A DNA stretch of 60,278 bases from Catajapyx aquilonaris (lineage: Eukaryota), in assembly GCA_000934665.2 (NCBI GenBank), contig JYFJ02002240.1, positions 1 to 60,278 on the forward strand, given 5' to 3'. Position 1 is the stretch's first letter. Each line of letters begins with the position of its first letter. Below, piece after piece: positions 35,008-47,947 of the stretch. A program made the position numbers and the translations under genes. A model generated the notes under the pieces. It was not told the DNA's origin. It saw nothing but the letters and a program-made list of their open reading frames with translations, and ran no database searches.

Positions 35008-35318
35008 CAGGGTGTCTCGTAATGACCCAGCCAAACTTTCAGGGTGAACTGGTGCGTATACCAAGAGGTGTCACTTTGTCTGCACAGCGTCATTACCAAG
35101 ATAATTTAGCTAGCGTTCAATATAATTTTTGTTAATAATGAATAAGGAGTAATTTAATCAATTATGACGTTTCTGGTGCATATTCATTTAATGACTTTGA
35201 TATGAATTATTCACATCAAAGTCATTAAACATTTCTATACCTCTCAGTGTTTCGGTAATAAACTGTGGAGGCCTAATGTTTACCTGCAATAAGTTTGGCT
35301 GCGTTATGAAACACCCTG
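35008..35318. mobile_element. Tc1/mariner-type MITE (about 311 bp) with TA flanks
   Basis: Left end TA|CAGGGTGTCTCGTAATGACCCAGCCAAACTT; right end reverse complement TA|CAGGGTGTTTCATAACGCAGCCAAACTT; AT-rich non-coding interior. Confidence 0.75.
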
Positions 35319-38300
35319 TATAGTATAGTTCCTTAAGAAATGGATGTATTCCATAGGGATTGGCCTCATAAGATTTCCAAACTCCTAAAGGGAAGTACTC
35401 AATCTGTGGCCCCCCTTCTTTTTTCCACCCCCCCCCTCCGATCACAATAATGTCAAAGAAAATTTTGGGTCTCTCAGCTCTGCCGTCTTTCACGAACTTT
35501 CCCCCCCTCAACTCTCTCTCTATATATATTCGATGGGGGAAAAAGCATGGGCAGCTCAAAAATTAATGGCCGGCTTCCCTGTGATTGGATATTACGCATG
35601 AATGTTGTATGCCTTACACTTGTACTCGGTTTCCATCGGAATCAATGTCTAGCAAACAAACTGGGGGTTTAGGGGGTGGGGGACTGACAGAGAATATCAT
35701 CAATACTGTGTGGGTTTATATACTGTTGGGGGTTCAACACAACAGACTGTAAAATAAGCGTGGATTTTTGGGTCTTGGGGGATTTGACATGTTGATTGAC
35801 GCTTGTCATATTTATAGGTCAACACTATGACACTGCCAGCTAAATGTTGTATCAGAAGCAACGCTCCAGTCCATTTAAAAGAAAAAAAGGGTAACGACGC
35901 AGTGACTTATGAAGAGAACTAATTATTTCAATTTCGAGAGGGCTAACTAGTCTGATTGTTGCCTGAATATAAAATATGCCCTCCCCATTGTGATCTCCAT
36001 CCCGGATAATATTATTCTTGGTTGGCAAGCTTTGATCCTGCGCACTCGATTATCTTCTATGCCAGTAGAATTGGACTATGGTCGTGGGAGGAGTGTGCTT
36101 CGGTGCTGGGGAGGAAAATTCTCCTCCCCCCCCCTCCCCCCCTCCTCTCCCCTCCTGGGCTTGGGAGAGAGGGAGTCAATTAACAGAATGCTGCTCCTTT
36201 AATCAATTCTCATTTCGCGCACGCTTTATCTCGCCCGAAGATAATTATTCGCGTAATAACTTAATTTGCAAGTTTATGGCTGGACCATCGCATTAACGGA
36301 TTTCTTTTTCGCGGGAGGGGGTGGCGCATAGGGTAGGGGGGGGGGAAGAAGGATTAATGGAAGCGAGCTGGGGAATGTTTAGAGGTGGGTTTTGGTATAT
36401 ATATAGAGAGAGGGGTGAGCCACTTTTTGCTCNAGGGTTTTAAATGAAAGGCATCCCCCCCCCCTCTGTACCTTCTATTGGCCTCCCCCAACCCAAAATG
36501 CCTGAGACCATACCAAAGTTATTTTAATGGCTTTTTTAGCCTGCTGGGAGGTTCTGATGAAAACAATGTAGAAAGTTTGGGAAGGTAATTTCGACTATTA
36601 AATTCATACCACAGGCGCATCATCTATAGGCACAAGATTTTCGGTGAATAATCTATACTGTGTCTGCGACTACAAGTTTTTGTGATGTACGTCAAGGAAT
36701 TGCCAAAATCACACGTTACATCAAAATTGTAGGACGAAACTATAAGTGATTCATGCTATTGGGCTGGAGCATTTCGGAATTGAATTAACAGCGATGTCCG
36801 CAATGTTTTGTGTGTGTGTATGAACGAGGAAAATAGGGTTTGCAGGAGTTATGTAAAATTTATCTAAACTGCGTTTGTGTTTGGGGAAACTATAAGTCAA
36901 TGAGGGCCTCGAGGGAAAACAAAAGGGAAGTGATGTATACAGGATTGATGGGAAAGCTTGTCTAAAGTGCTCAGCATGTTGGGAGTAAAGTGTAAGTATA
37001 GTACACGCCGCTATAAATCTCAACGAGTTGGATGTGTCCTTGGCAGTTTGACGGGCTTTGGGGAGATGGTGCCAATACTGCCAAAGGGTTTTGGGGGGAG
37101 AGTGGGGAAGACTGTTATTTACGTCGAGTTTCCCGTAATATCTCACATTTGTAGGCAGAAAATTGCGCAGGGTTCCTAAGGCATCGGAGGACCCAATTCA
37201 ATTTTAATGCCAGGTAAAAGTACTTGCCGGGGACTCAAAGGCAAGCCCGAGTTAACCAAAAAAAGGACACACTATCATTACAACATTACCATTGATTGGT
37301 TATTCAGTGAATAGATTGAATGTTGACTGAATCGTCGAAATCAGATTGCTGCATCAGGTAAAACATGGCGTACAAACAGAGTTTTATTAAGTTAGTTGGC
37401 CTGAATCAGTTACGTACGTCTATATAGAGGCTATAAAATATTACCTTCAGCATTAGGTTGAATAGAAGTTGATCAATGTTGCAGATATTGACTTTTGGCC
37501 TGTGAGTGGACCTTTTTTCCGTTTCAAACTAACTTCAAGAGGCCGTTTGGTTCAATCTATATTGTCTCCAGCTGCTGTTACATACACCTTGAGCAACGTA
37601 TGTGCCTTACGCGACTTTTTTTCCCCGCATCACTCTCCCATAACTCTTCTGAGTCCGCCAACTATACACAAGCGGGTCCTGTCGAGATAATTGGACCGAT
37701 GTGGACGCCGTAAATTGAGCAACCCCCCGCTCTGAAAGGTCCCCATTTCCCTCTGAAGCGCTTAATGGTCATTGGACTAGTCAGGTATGAAAGAGGAACA
37801 TTTCTAACTGCAAAAAAATGAAAGAAAAGGTTGGGACCTAGTCCATATTGGCCTTGTGGCAATAAGGATAATGGGTGTCGACACGTAAACCTCGCTCTGT
37901 GGCGCAACCGGTCTCGTTTTGTCAGCAGGAATTAGGCCCAGCGACGGCCGTCACTTCCTGTGGCCCCCTGCCAAACATGTCAACCTCCTCTCCCAAAAAA
38001 TACCAAAAAAAAAGAGCATGGATCGGAGGGGACGGGCTTGGAATCCTCTGACAAAGAGCCCTATTAGAAGTTACGTGCGGAATCCCACCTCATTTAGGCG
38101 CCACGAGCCTTTTCCTCCTGTACTCCCACCCCCATTTAACCAAAAAGTCTTCACTTTTCCGCCCCTGCTGCTCCGCACATGTTGCAGCCCAGCACATGGT
38201 CCTATATAGCTCTCCCAAAAATCCGGCTGGGCATTTATAACCAGGCCAGGTTTTTGGCACGGTTTTTGTCACTGACTGGATTGGAACAATTACTAGAGGG

Positions 38301-41300
38301 GGGTGGAACGATTATTTATGATTGGTACGGGGGGGTGGAATAGTGTGTGTCCTGTGGTATATCCGGTGTTGTGAACACACACACGGTGTGACTCATGCGT
38401 TAAACGCGCCCACTTTTGCCGATATCCAAATACAATGGAGGGGCTCGTAAAATAATAGTTAGTTAATTTATTATATCCGGTTATTGTTGAACACCATATT
38501 TTAAGTGAGGCTTGGCTGGGGTGGTCTGCAGCTCTCTGATCGAGGCTCTGATGCTGTGAATAAATTTTGCCCATTCTTTTCGTCTAATTAGTTTCGAGAT
38601 CCGTAACTCAATTTTTTGAGTATTAATTGCATTATCTCGGCTTTTCCTTTTACACCCACACACAAAAAAAGGAATGGAGTAAATGGATATGAAGAGGCAA
38701 GGTGGTCACTTAGGAATGTCCCGACATGAAATTCCTGTCCCTCGTTTTCACTTGGAGCGTACTCCGGTAGCCTCAGCGTCCCCCCCCACAGAAACTGGTT
38801 CGGCCGCATTAGGAATACCTAATTGGATTCTCTGGAGGTGCCCTAAAATGGGCATAAATTAATGGGTGGAGGGGTATATATGTGCACCGCTGTGCTTTGG
38901 AATGGGTCGAGAGCCACGTCTCTCTGGGTCATTAGCTCGACTTGGGCAAGGAGGTCTGCAGGATCCTGACACGAGCATTTCCGTCCTGTTTGTAAATGAT
39001 CTGCTCCATTAACCCTACCCTCCTCTCTCTCTCTCTCTCCCAAAATGTTTCTCATTATGACCATTCAAATATCTTTCCACCAAGGGAGGAGGGGTTACAT
39101 TCAGCAGACAAATTTTGGAGGAGGTTCCCCCTTATATTCTGCTCTGGAATGGCCGACATCCGCTTCCTCCTCATTTCTCACCTGATGCAAACCCCCTCCT
39201 TTTTTGTCCTATTCTTTTGCTGGATGGTTTTGCATGCACGCTGGACACTTGACACTGAGCGATGGGACACATGAGACTGCCTCACTGGCTTTCACGGGAA
39301 ATAAAGTAGGTAAATCATTCGTATAAGGTGGCAAGTTTGGATGGGATGCTGGAAATACAGAACTGGGCTGGAATAATGGATCCAGCTCTTATATTGAAGG
39401 GTCAAGGGTAACTTAAGGAAATAGAGAAAAACCTTTGACACCACACACTGACTCAGCAACATAAGTTATTCCCTGGCATAAGTAATGCTCCTTGGCCTCT
39501 GTTGGAAGGGTGCTCTGGCCTAAAAAGGTGAGGCTGGGGGGGGGGTATAGAAAAAGCAAGAAGCGCGCTGGTTCCTTAATTCGGGCGGTGGTTACAGAAA
39601 AACCAGTTTGATTTACAAGGTGATTTCTGGAGCCGCGACTTGTCCGGATTGGGCGTCGGCTTGCCAGGAGAAGAGGGGCGATACATCTTTCTCGTGTCAT
39701 TCGGTAGGAGCCATTCGTGTTGCCGCCGAGCGCCCTTTTGTCGCTTATTATCTTGGTCCAAAGATTAATCTAACAATCCTTCTCAACCATAATCACGACT
39801 GCAATAATACACACCCAGCACACACATTTTTTTTGCCCCTCCGTCGCCTCCTCATAGGGCATGAAGTGACTTTACGTTGATTGGGTTCCTGCAAGTCGTC
39901 AAATTTTTGCGCTTCTTATCAGCATCAGCAATCGACCAGTATTTCTCTGGCGCTATCTGGCTGGCTGCTGGAAAGCGCATAATTTTTTTCAGCTTTAATG
40001 ACACCTCGGAAACGAGCCCGGGATCGGCCTAAACGAGCCTATTAAATCCTTAGTGACGATTCTCATCGAACCCTAGCCTAGCAAAGCAGAAAGTGCTGCC
40101 ATTTTTTATGGACGGGGGGGACTTCCATCCCTGGTGCTGCCAGATGACTGAGCTGCGAGAGAGAGAGTGAAAAGTAACGGAAGTTGACCTTATTATAACC
40201 CTCCCAAGGGTCACATGTAACTATTTCCTGTGTGTAGAGTGGGCCCCCTCCATCTCTTCCCAAAAATCTTTGGAGGGACTAATGAGACTCGGGACGGGTT
40301 GGGTGACAGAATTTATGTATCGCTGGCCAAACAGATGAGGAGGATGGGACAGACACTCGGGGCATGTTTCATTAACTAATTGCCAGGGTTGTGACCTCCA
40401 AGTTCGTGGGTCCCCCCCCTTTTTTCGCAGAAGGGTGCTGCCTGTTGAAAAGTATGACGGCCCATCGCACACACTGCTGCTCCTGGAAACTAGGAACAGA
40501 TGGTTTGGAAGGCCAGGTCAAAAGCATTGGATTTAAGTTACTGGCCGTTTATTTTGGGATTGATTTTGTAAAATGGAAAGAAAAACTGGTCGTTATGGAT
40601 GGTATTCCTGCTAAAAGCATTTTTTAAAAACCACCCTTACTCGTTACCTTGTTAGAAGATATGGCGGTCTTTTTCTAAAGGCGGGTTCTGAACAGTTTTA
40701 GATGTGTTTGGCTGTGTGTCAAACCAAACATGGCGATGGGGCTGCGAAAGAAAAGCGGAACAACCAAAAAAAAAAATACACACGGGGGTGTTACAGGCTA
40801 TCTTAACATGTCCAAAAAGACACATTGTCATTATCATACCCACTTGAAATGAAAGGTATCTGGCTGAGTGTTTTTTGGCTGAATATCTGATGAGAGTGAA
40901 TAATGGTACAGGTTCTGTCCCAAGTTTTGTCCAAAATGCTCTTAGAAAATTGAGACCATGCTGTTAATTATTAATGAAGCAAATTAGGCGGTACATACAA
41001 TTAAATATGGCCACTATACTGGATGTTAGGTTTCCAGTTTTCTGCTGGATATTTTCAAGAAGACTTCTTCTCCAGACCTGCGGAAAAAAAGGTGTTAATG
41101 TTTCCTTGTCTGTCCTCATTCCTGCCGTCATGGAAAGGAAGAAATTAGCAGTCACTTGTAGGAATGCACGTTTGTGAACCTCATGTGCTGGTTTATGCAA
41201 CGCGATCTGCTCGATGCAAGACGATCCCAACGGACAGATGCTGCTGGGGTGTGAAGAAGCAGTTTCGGGGACGGACGCCTCTTCGCTCTTACTCACTTAT

Positions 41301-43966
41301 AAACACCCCCAGATAACAAGGAAGGAATATTTGTAACCACATGTCTCCTCCTAAATCTAGGGTCCTAAACGCCCAAACGTCTGTGAGTGGGTGTTGACGA
41401 CGCCATTAGTAAACGTTCTTTTTTTTTCTTTCACAAAATTGGGGGGGTTTCTGGAACCCATTCAGCATTTTTGGAGTATCAACTGGCAGGACACGAAAGG
41501 AGCTGGCATCTTCTGGCCAACGGATGAAACTTTCTACAACCTAATTTTATTTATTTAATTTTTAAAAAATGTTTTAAACCCTCCCCATTGTTAGAACCGG
41601 TTTGCACCAAATGCCCATAGAATTAGGCTGGACCCTAATCTGTAGGATACTCCCCCAGCCGAGCCCCATAAGCGATGACCAGGCAGGAGGAAATGGGTGA
41701 TCCGAATCGTCCAATTTTTTTCTTCGTCTTCTTCTTCCAGCAGGATTCTGGAAAATGGGTTGACGGTCTCGCCGCAAGAAAAAAAGGTAAAAAAAATATC
41801 ATCCCGGTAGTAGCAGCCTCTCTCTCTAGCTCGTCTCCTTTGGGGCCTTCTTCTTCCCGGGGGCCGATGGAACATCATTTGAAACGGATTTGGAGCTACA
41901 AGGCAGCCATTGGGGTCGAGGAGATTTGGAGGAAATGACCCTGCAGCTGCTGCATTTCCAAGGGCCGCGCCATCGCCCCCTATCTTGCTCTCAATTTTTC
42001 TCCCTGACGCCTCTTTTTTTATTGAGAATCGATATATAAAAAAGAGACTGACCTATAAGGAGAGAGGTGGGGGGAGGCACCAAAAAAATGGGGGATCTTT
42101 AGGGATTGTTGGAGGGCACCTTTTTGTTGCGATAAATATATACAGGGCCAATCCCACCAGACACATGTATTCAGACACTGAATTTATCCGCACATATGGG
42201 TCACGTTTGCATAGTTTGTTGTACAAAATATGAGTTAAAAGTTAGTGTTAATCCTTGCTGCTCCAAAATTCGCAAATTTGGTGCTAGATGTGCGTTTATT
42301 TCCTTTATAGATATTGCGGGCTGCAAAATGGCCGGCCTGGCTAGCATCGCACGGCGAAAGTGTGACCATCGATAGCCTCCGGTGGCTGAATTTTAATTGG
42401 GCAATGTTGGAGAGAGGGGGGGGGGGGGTGTTGGATTTATTAGACAATCCGGGGCCGGGCAAACGGGTGTTAAAAGCGGTGGGATCTATCTCCTCTCCGG
42501 ATCTATGCTCATGATGCTATATACGTATATTACACCCCTCCTCTCCCCCAACTCTCTCTCTCTCTCTGGAAATCATTTCCGACTGACCAGCTTCATTTCA
42601 CAGCCATCCTAGACCCTAATGGCCGCCGTGAATCTTGGGCTTATTTCTGGTTTTCAATTTGATGGCTCCTACGTGATTTCGCCAGCTAGCTTCCAACAGC
42701 CAGCCCAGCCCCACAGCCCTCCGAGCCAGGATATCCTGCTGTAGTCCTCATGTAAAGCTAATTGCGCGTTCCATAATGTGATTGCTCTATTAGCCAAGGC
42801 CTGGGCTTGCTGGCTGGCTGCATGGTTGGAGGGGGGGAAGAGGTATATGGGCGATGGCGAGCTCCATATATATACGGTTACGTGTTCCGAATAATGCGAG
42901 CATGATGCTGTAAGCTCGAATGATACACCAAGCTGGCTGGTTAGAAAGCTAAACTCACATTTAAAAATATATATGTTGCGCACCTCCCTGTAGGTGGCTT
43001 GGTTATTAACATAAATCACGGTAAGGGGAGTGAAAAGCATTTCACTTTGCAGCCCAGCACCTGAGAGCAACGAAATTGAAATAATCACCACCTGTGTTGC
43101 GCCATTCGTGATATCCTGTAGTCACCCACGTCGCAAAAGACCCAGCAAGTCGTGCCCTCCGGACTCGGACTGGAGATTCATACATGTCAAGAAATTCATT
43201 CACCTCCACCAGAATCTCCGGGGTGGTTTGGACTCGACGGACCACCCCACCACCAGAATAGGGGAAAAAAAATAAAACCATAAAAAAACAATGGGCTGGC
43301 CTCTCCGACTCCTTAATCAAGAGAGACAGAGAATTAGAAGCACGTGGCCAACAAATCAGTCGAGTCCTTCAACGCCAACGCACCTCAGAAATATTTTCTC
43401 CTCCTTTGTTCCCCTGGCACCCATTCATTCCTTCGGGCCATTAAATTTCGGATGGTCCATGCCCAAAAATCCTCTGGGGCAATTGTAACTAAGCTTCCAA
43501 CATTTTCATTCCAAGTCCTGGCAGAATTGTTGTCTTCTTATTGAGAAGGGTTGTTCCAGTTTCATTTTTTTTTTTGCTTTACAGGTATAAATGTATATTA
43601 GCAAATAATACGCGAGTAAATATAAGTAGCTTCAATGAAGAAATTTCAGAATGAAATTGAACACACTGTATAAGCCTCACTATTTTTTATGCGGTTTAAT
43701 GCTGGGATTGGTCTGTGTGAAATTGTATCTGATAAGCATGAATTTATCATTGCCATTAGTTATTAAACAGGGGCTGCCAAACCCACTCGAGAGAACATGT
43801 TGTCGAGCAGGAAGCCTTCCCAATACATTATTTAACGGTTTGGACTCCTTCGGATTTTATACGCTGATCAGGTGGCAATCAAATTTAATTGGCTAAAGTC
43901 GCCCCGTTGAAACCTGGGGATTATTCTTGCATTCCCTGGACTAATGGAACTGATGAGATAAAAGGC

Positions 43967-43990
43967 GGAGGAGGAGGAGGAGGAGGAGGA
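43967..43990 (+). repeat. (GGA)8 microsatellite
   Basis: Direct reading. Confidence 0.9.
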
Positions 43991-46900
43991 GAGGCTGGTT
44001 TCTTGCATTTCGAGCCACCATTATTTTTTCATCTCTCTCTGACCCATTTTTTTCAATCACAGGCGAAATTAACCTGTTGAGTCATTTTTGCCTGATCGAA
44101 AATTATAGTAGCGGTACTATTAAGTGCTTTACATCGACTGGGAATTAATTTAAAACATTTTTCTTTGTTTACGTATCAAATGATCAGTTTCGCCGTAATG
44201 AGCATGATTGGAATAAAACCTATTTCATACAGAGCAGTACTAACTGTGTACCACTTACAGATTACTATCATGTAGAAATATTTATTGGACAATAACAAGC
44301 ATACGCCAGATCGTTACGAGTATGTTTCAAGTTTATGAAGGTCAGCTGAATATTTATAAGTGATATAATCCAACAGGTAGATCCTGATGTGTACTTGAGA
44401 GTGAGTAATTTGTCACGTCATACCCCAGCACATTGATGTGTCAACTTTGTGCTGACCAAGTGTTACTGAACATATTGACAGGCTTCAATTTGTTTCGATA
44501 ATGGCTCCTGTGAAATGGTGTTAAGGGTGTGTAATGATGAGGGCTGCTTCTCACCTCCTCCCCATCACATTTTTGAAACCGCTAAGGGGGTCCTTGTGGC
44601 AAATTTTTCAAAAGCTCGTTTTCTCTAAGGTCGCGCACTTTTCTTTTCCCCTGTGTGGGAACATAATAAATAGCCGACCCAGGAACTCTGTTCGAATGTT
44701 TTCTTTCCGCGCAGGGGGTTTCCAACATAAAAGGGGTGGGAACAGAGCAGAAAAGTGACTCCAGAAATGCCTCTACAGGGTGTTGCACTGCTGCATGGCA
44801 TTTTGAGGCCACATCTCAAGACGTGGGTCACCTTCTTTTTAAAAAGGGAACACCGTCGCCCCCAAAATTGAAAATGTCAAGCAGTGCGTGAATTTGGGGT
44901 CCATTTTAACCTCTGTTAGGTGCATTGGAGGTGTCTCCTTTACCTCCTGCTGGGCCGGCTTCAATCAATTCTGCGTCAATCGGAATTTATCTCCATTTCG
45001 AGTCGACCCCCCTCCGAGTGCGTCAACGCGGCCGCTGCCTTTGGAACCAGAATTGGTTTAAATTGCGGGTCACCACAGGGGGGGAAACTGCCCCCCAAAC
45101 CACAAAATGTCAAATTGATACCCAAGCACGCCTGATTGCTTCAGTTTCAAATAGGATTTCCTAGGACCCCTTTTCTTATCCGGACTCTAAACTGTGTTTC
45201 TGGGCCATGGAGTCACGCGCTCAATGAATTTCAAGGGACATTTGGCAGAATTGCTCTTGACCCCCCGTGAACATTTTTCCTTAATTTTTTGTTCATATAA
45301 CAGGCCGTACCTTCAGGGTTTATGTTGTTATTGCCGTGCTACACTCACGTTTTAGGGACGTAATTATGGCGCCGTAGACTCCTGAGGGACCCGACGCCAT
45401 AATAGCTCAGACATGATATTAAACTTGTATCTCGTATAGAAACAGGGTCGCACAAAACCTACTCGGATCATCCTGTGCTTAAACGTGTGGCCCCTTGGAT
45501 GCTGGTCCTTTCCAAGCCAGCTTATGGCCAAAAAAACGAGGGGGGGCCATCATGGGAGGCAATTTTTATCCCGCTTCCTCTACCGCGCACTCATCTTGAG
45601 CCATAAGAAGAAAAAAAAACGCCTGTTCATTCATTAAACCCTCCCCCAGTAAACGAGGATCCCTCGGGGACTCGTCGACTGAGAAAAATGCCTAGGACAT
45701 CAGCTCTCTTTTTTTAAAAAAAAAAAGAAGAAGAAAAAGTGAGGGTCTCTCTCGCAAAAAGCCATAGCCTGATAGGCCATAACAGGCTCTATCAGGAGAT
45801 GTTCCGCTCAGCCTTCGATGCATAGGAAAACCATAAAAGGGCATCATTTTGTCCTAATGCACGAGAAATCAGGGACGTGAATGCCGTCGATTTGGCTGGC
45901 AAGGAGGATAGATTGAAGGGATATTAGATGTAGTTAGTAATAAAGGGGCGAGAGGAAAGGTGAGCTCGGTGGTGTCAATGGCTGCCATATCTCTGCGGGG
46001 AGAAAATTTCTTCCTCGATCCGCTGGGCTTGACACTAAAGGAGGGCCCCAAAGGGGACCATCATGCCTCCATTTGACGCATTACAAATGCGCCACAAAAA
46101 CCAGCACTCGCCTCGATCCAGCCAAAAAAGACCACATCAAAGAAGAAAATAAATGGCGCTTTGACCCCATAACAGTTAAGGGTGCTTGACTCGCTCCGGC
46201 TGGGAATGACGTTGTTGTGCAAGTTACATAGTCAGAACCACAATTACTGCTCGGATTAATAATTACTATCAGACATGTCGTGGACATGCAAGTGAAACAA
46301 TTTGAGCAATAAAAAAAAACAATTTCGAGGTAATGAAGGCAAAGACTTGCTTACATGCTTAGGAAAAGCTGAAAATTCTGGCTTGCTGCCTCATTATGAA
46401 TCTTAAGGACTTAATGGACTTCATCAGGCGACAGAACAGGAAAAAATGCTACTTAATGGTGCAAATAAATTGAAACCCGCCAAATTGGACATTGCGGTCA
46501 TTTGATATGTTGCCTAACTTTTACACCAGTCTTATAATGACACTTGCTATTCACCTGGCTGCTAGTAGCGCTACTTTTGCGTTGACATTATTTAGTGCAC
46601 TGCCAGTACGTAATGAATGGCGAGATTTATTAAGAGAGCTGTAATTTTTAATAGCCCGCCGCTGCAAACTCCGATTAACTCTGATGGTGGCCCCCGCTGA
46701 ATTCAAACGCTGGTGTCAGCAGAGTAGGCTAATTACTAAGACCACCCTGCATTGGCCCCCACCCCCTCCTTTTTTTCCCCCCCACCCCCAGCAGCACCTA
46801 TCTGGCTGTTTGGTCATTCCTGTCGCGAGCCAATTAAAACCCGCGAGACTCCAGCACTGCCTCAGCAGAATTGCTTACACTCTATTTCCTGCAGTCAATA

Positions 46901-47695
46901 AGGATCAGGCTAAGATAGGAGCAGCTAAACTGCAGTAGCCTTGCAATTAAGACTAATTGAAGTATTCGCCGGAATAATTGGGTTTTCTTAATTAGTCGCC
47001 AGGGTACGCGCCCATCCTACAAAGTGATGCGCTTATGGGACGGAAAGGTTTCTTTCCTTTCCTCTCTCTCTTCCCATCAGGCTGGCTCCGCTTTTAATAA
47101 TGCTTCCTAATAGTTCATCTGAGGGAAAAGGCTCCAGGACGACAGTGCAATAAAAGCCACTTAGGCCTCCGACCGAGCTGCGGGCAGCCATTTTGGCAAA
47201 ACGGCCTTCCCTTATTCTCCCTCCTTCTCCCCTCTATAAAGGTCTTCTTGGGATATCGCTTTCACTTCCCTTCTGCTGCCTTATACCCCCTTGGGCTTCC
47301 CCGCAAATTCATTTATTGTCTTTTATTTGATCCGGGGGGGCCCCCGTCGGCTCATTTCTGGGCCCGCCGCAGCTTAAATCCCATCCAATATCTCTTCTGG
47401 CCCCAATGGCGGTCGCGAAACAACACAACCCGCCACTGGACAGCAACAGGGCTTGGAAGTACGGGAAAATCAAAATTTCGCAAAAATATTTGCAGGAATG
47501 CCCAGGATGGGATTGAATGTAAAAGGCAACGCTCTGCGATGAGCTGGATGCACAGTGTTGCCAAATTGTGTTTTAATTTCTGAAGGAAGTGTTGTTGTTT
47601 TTAAAAATGTGATGGTCATTATTATGAAAATTAATTGTGTAGAAATGAATCGCGGATGTTTCATGTATATACCGAACAGTATATTTACATACCGG

Positions 47696-47947
47696 TATAT
47701 AAATCTGGACGTTTGTTGGTATGTATGTCATGGCTACCTATCCCACTACCGGAGTGCTGAGAGTAATGAAACTTGGCACACGGACGTCTTACGTGCTGCT
47801 AATTTAGAGAAACACCTGAAATACACGAAATTCTGGAATTTCTTGTTTAAAAGAAATGGTGTTTGGTGTCTCATCTGCAACAGTCGTGGAACAAATTTCT
47901 TAAATTTCTTAATCACCCTGCGAAGTACAGGTATACCCTGCTATAGT
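47696..47947 (+). mobile_element. Degenerate non-autonomous Helitron-like element
   Basis: Starts TATATAAATCTGGACGTTTGTTGGTATGTATGTC, contains ATGAAACTTGGCACAC, and ends with a small hairpin CCTG-CGAAGTA-CAGG followed by CCCTGCTATAGT, resembling the GCGAAGC-hairpin + CTAGT termini of short arthropod Helitrons; recognised by eye only. Confidence 0.45.
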
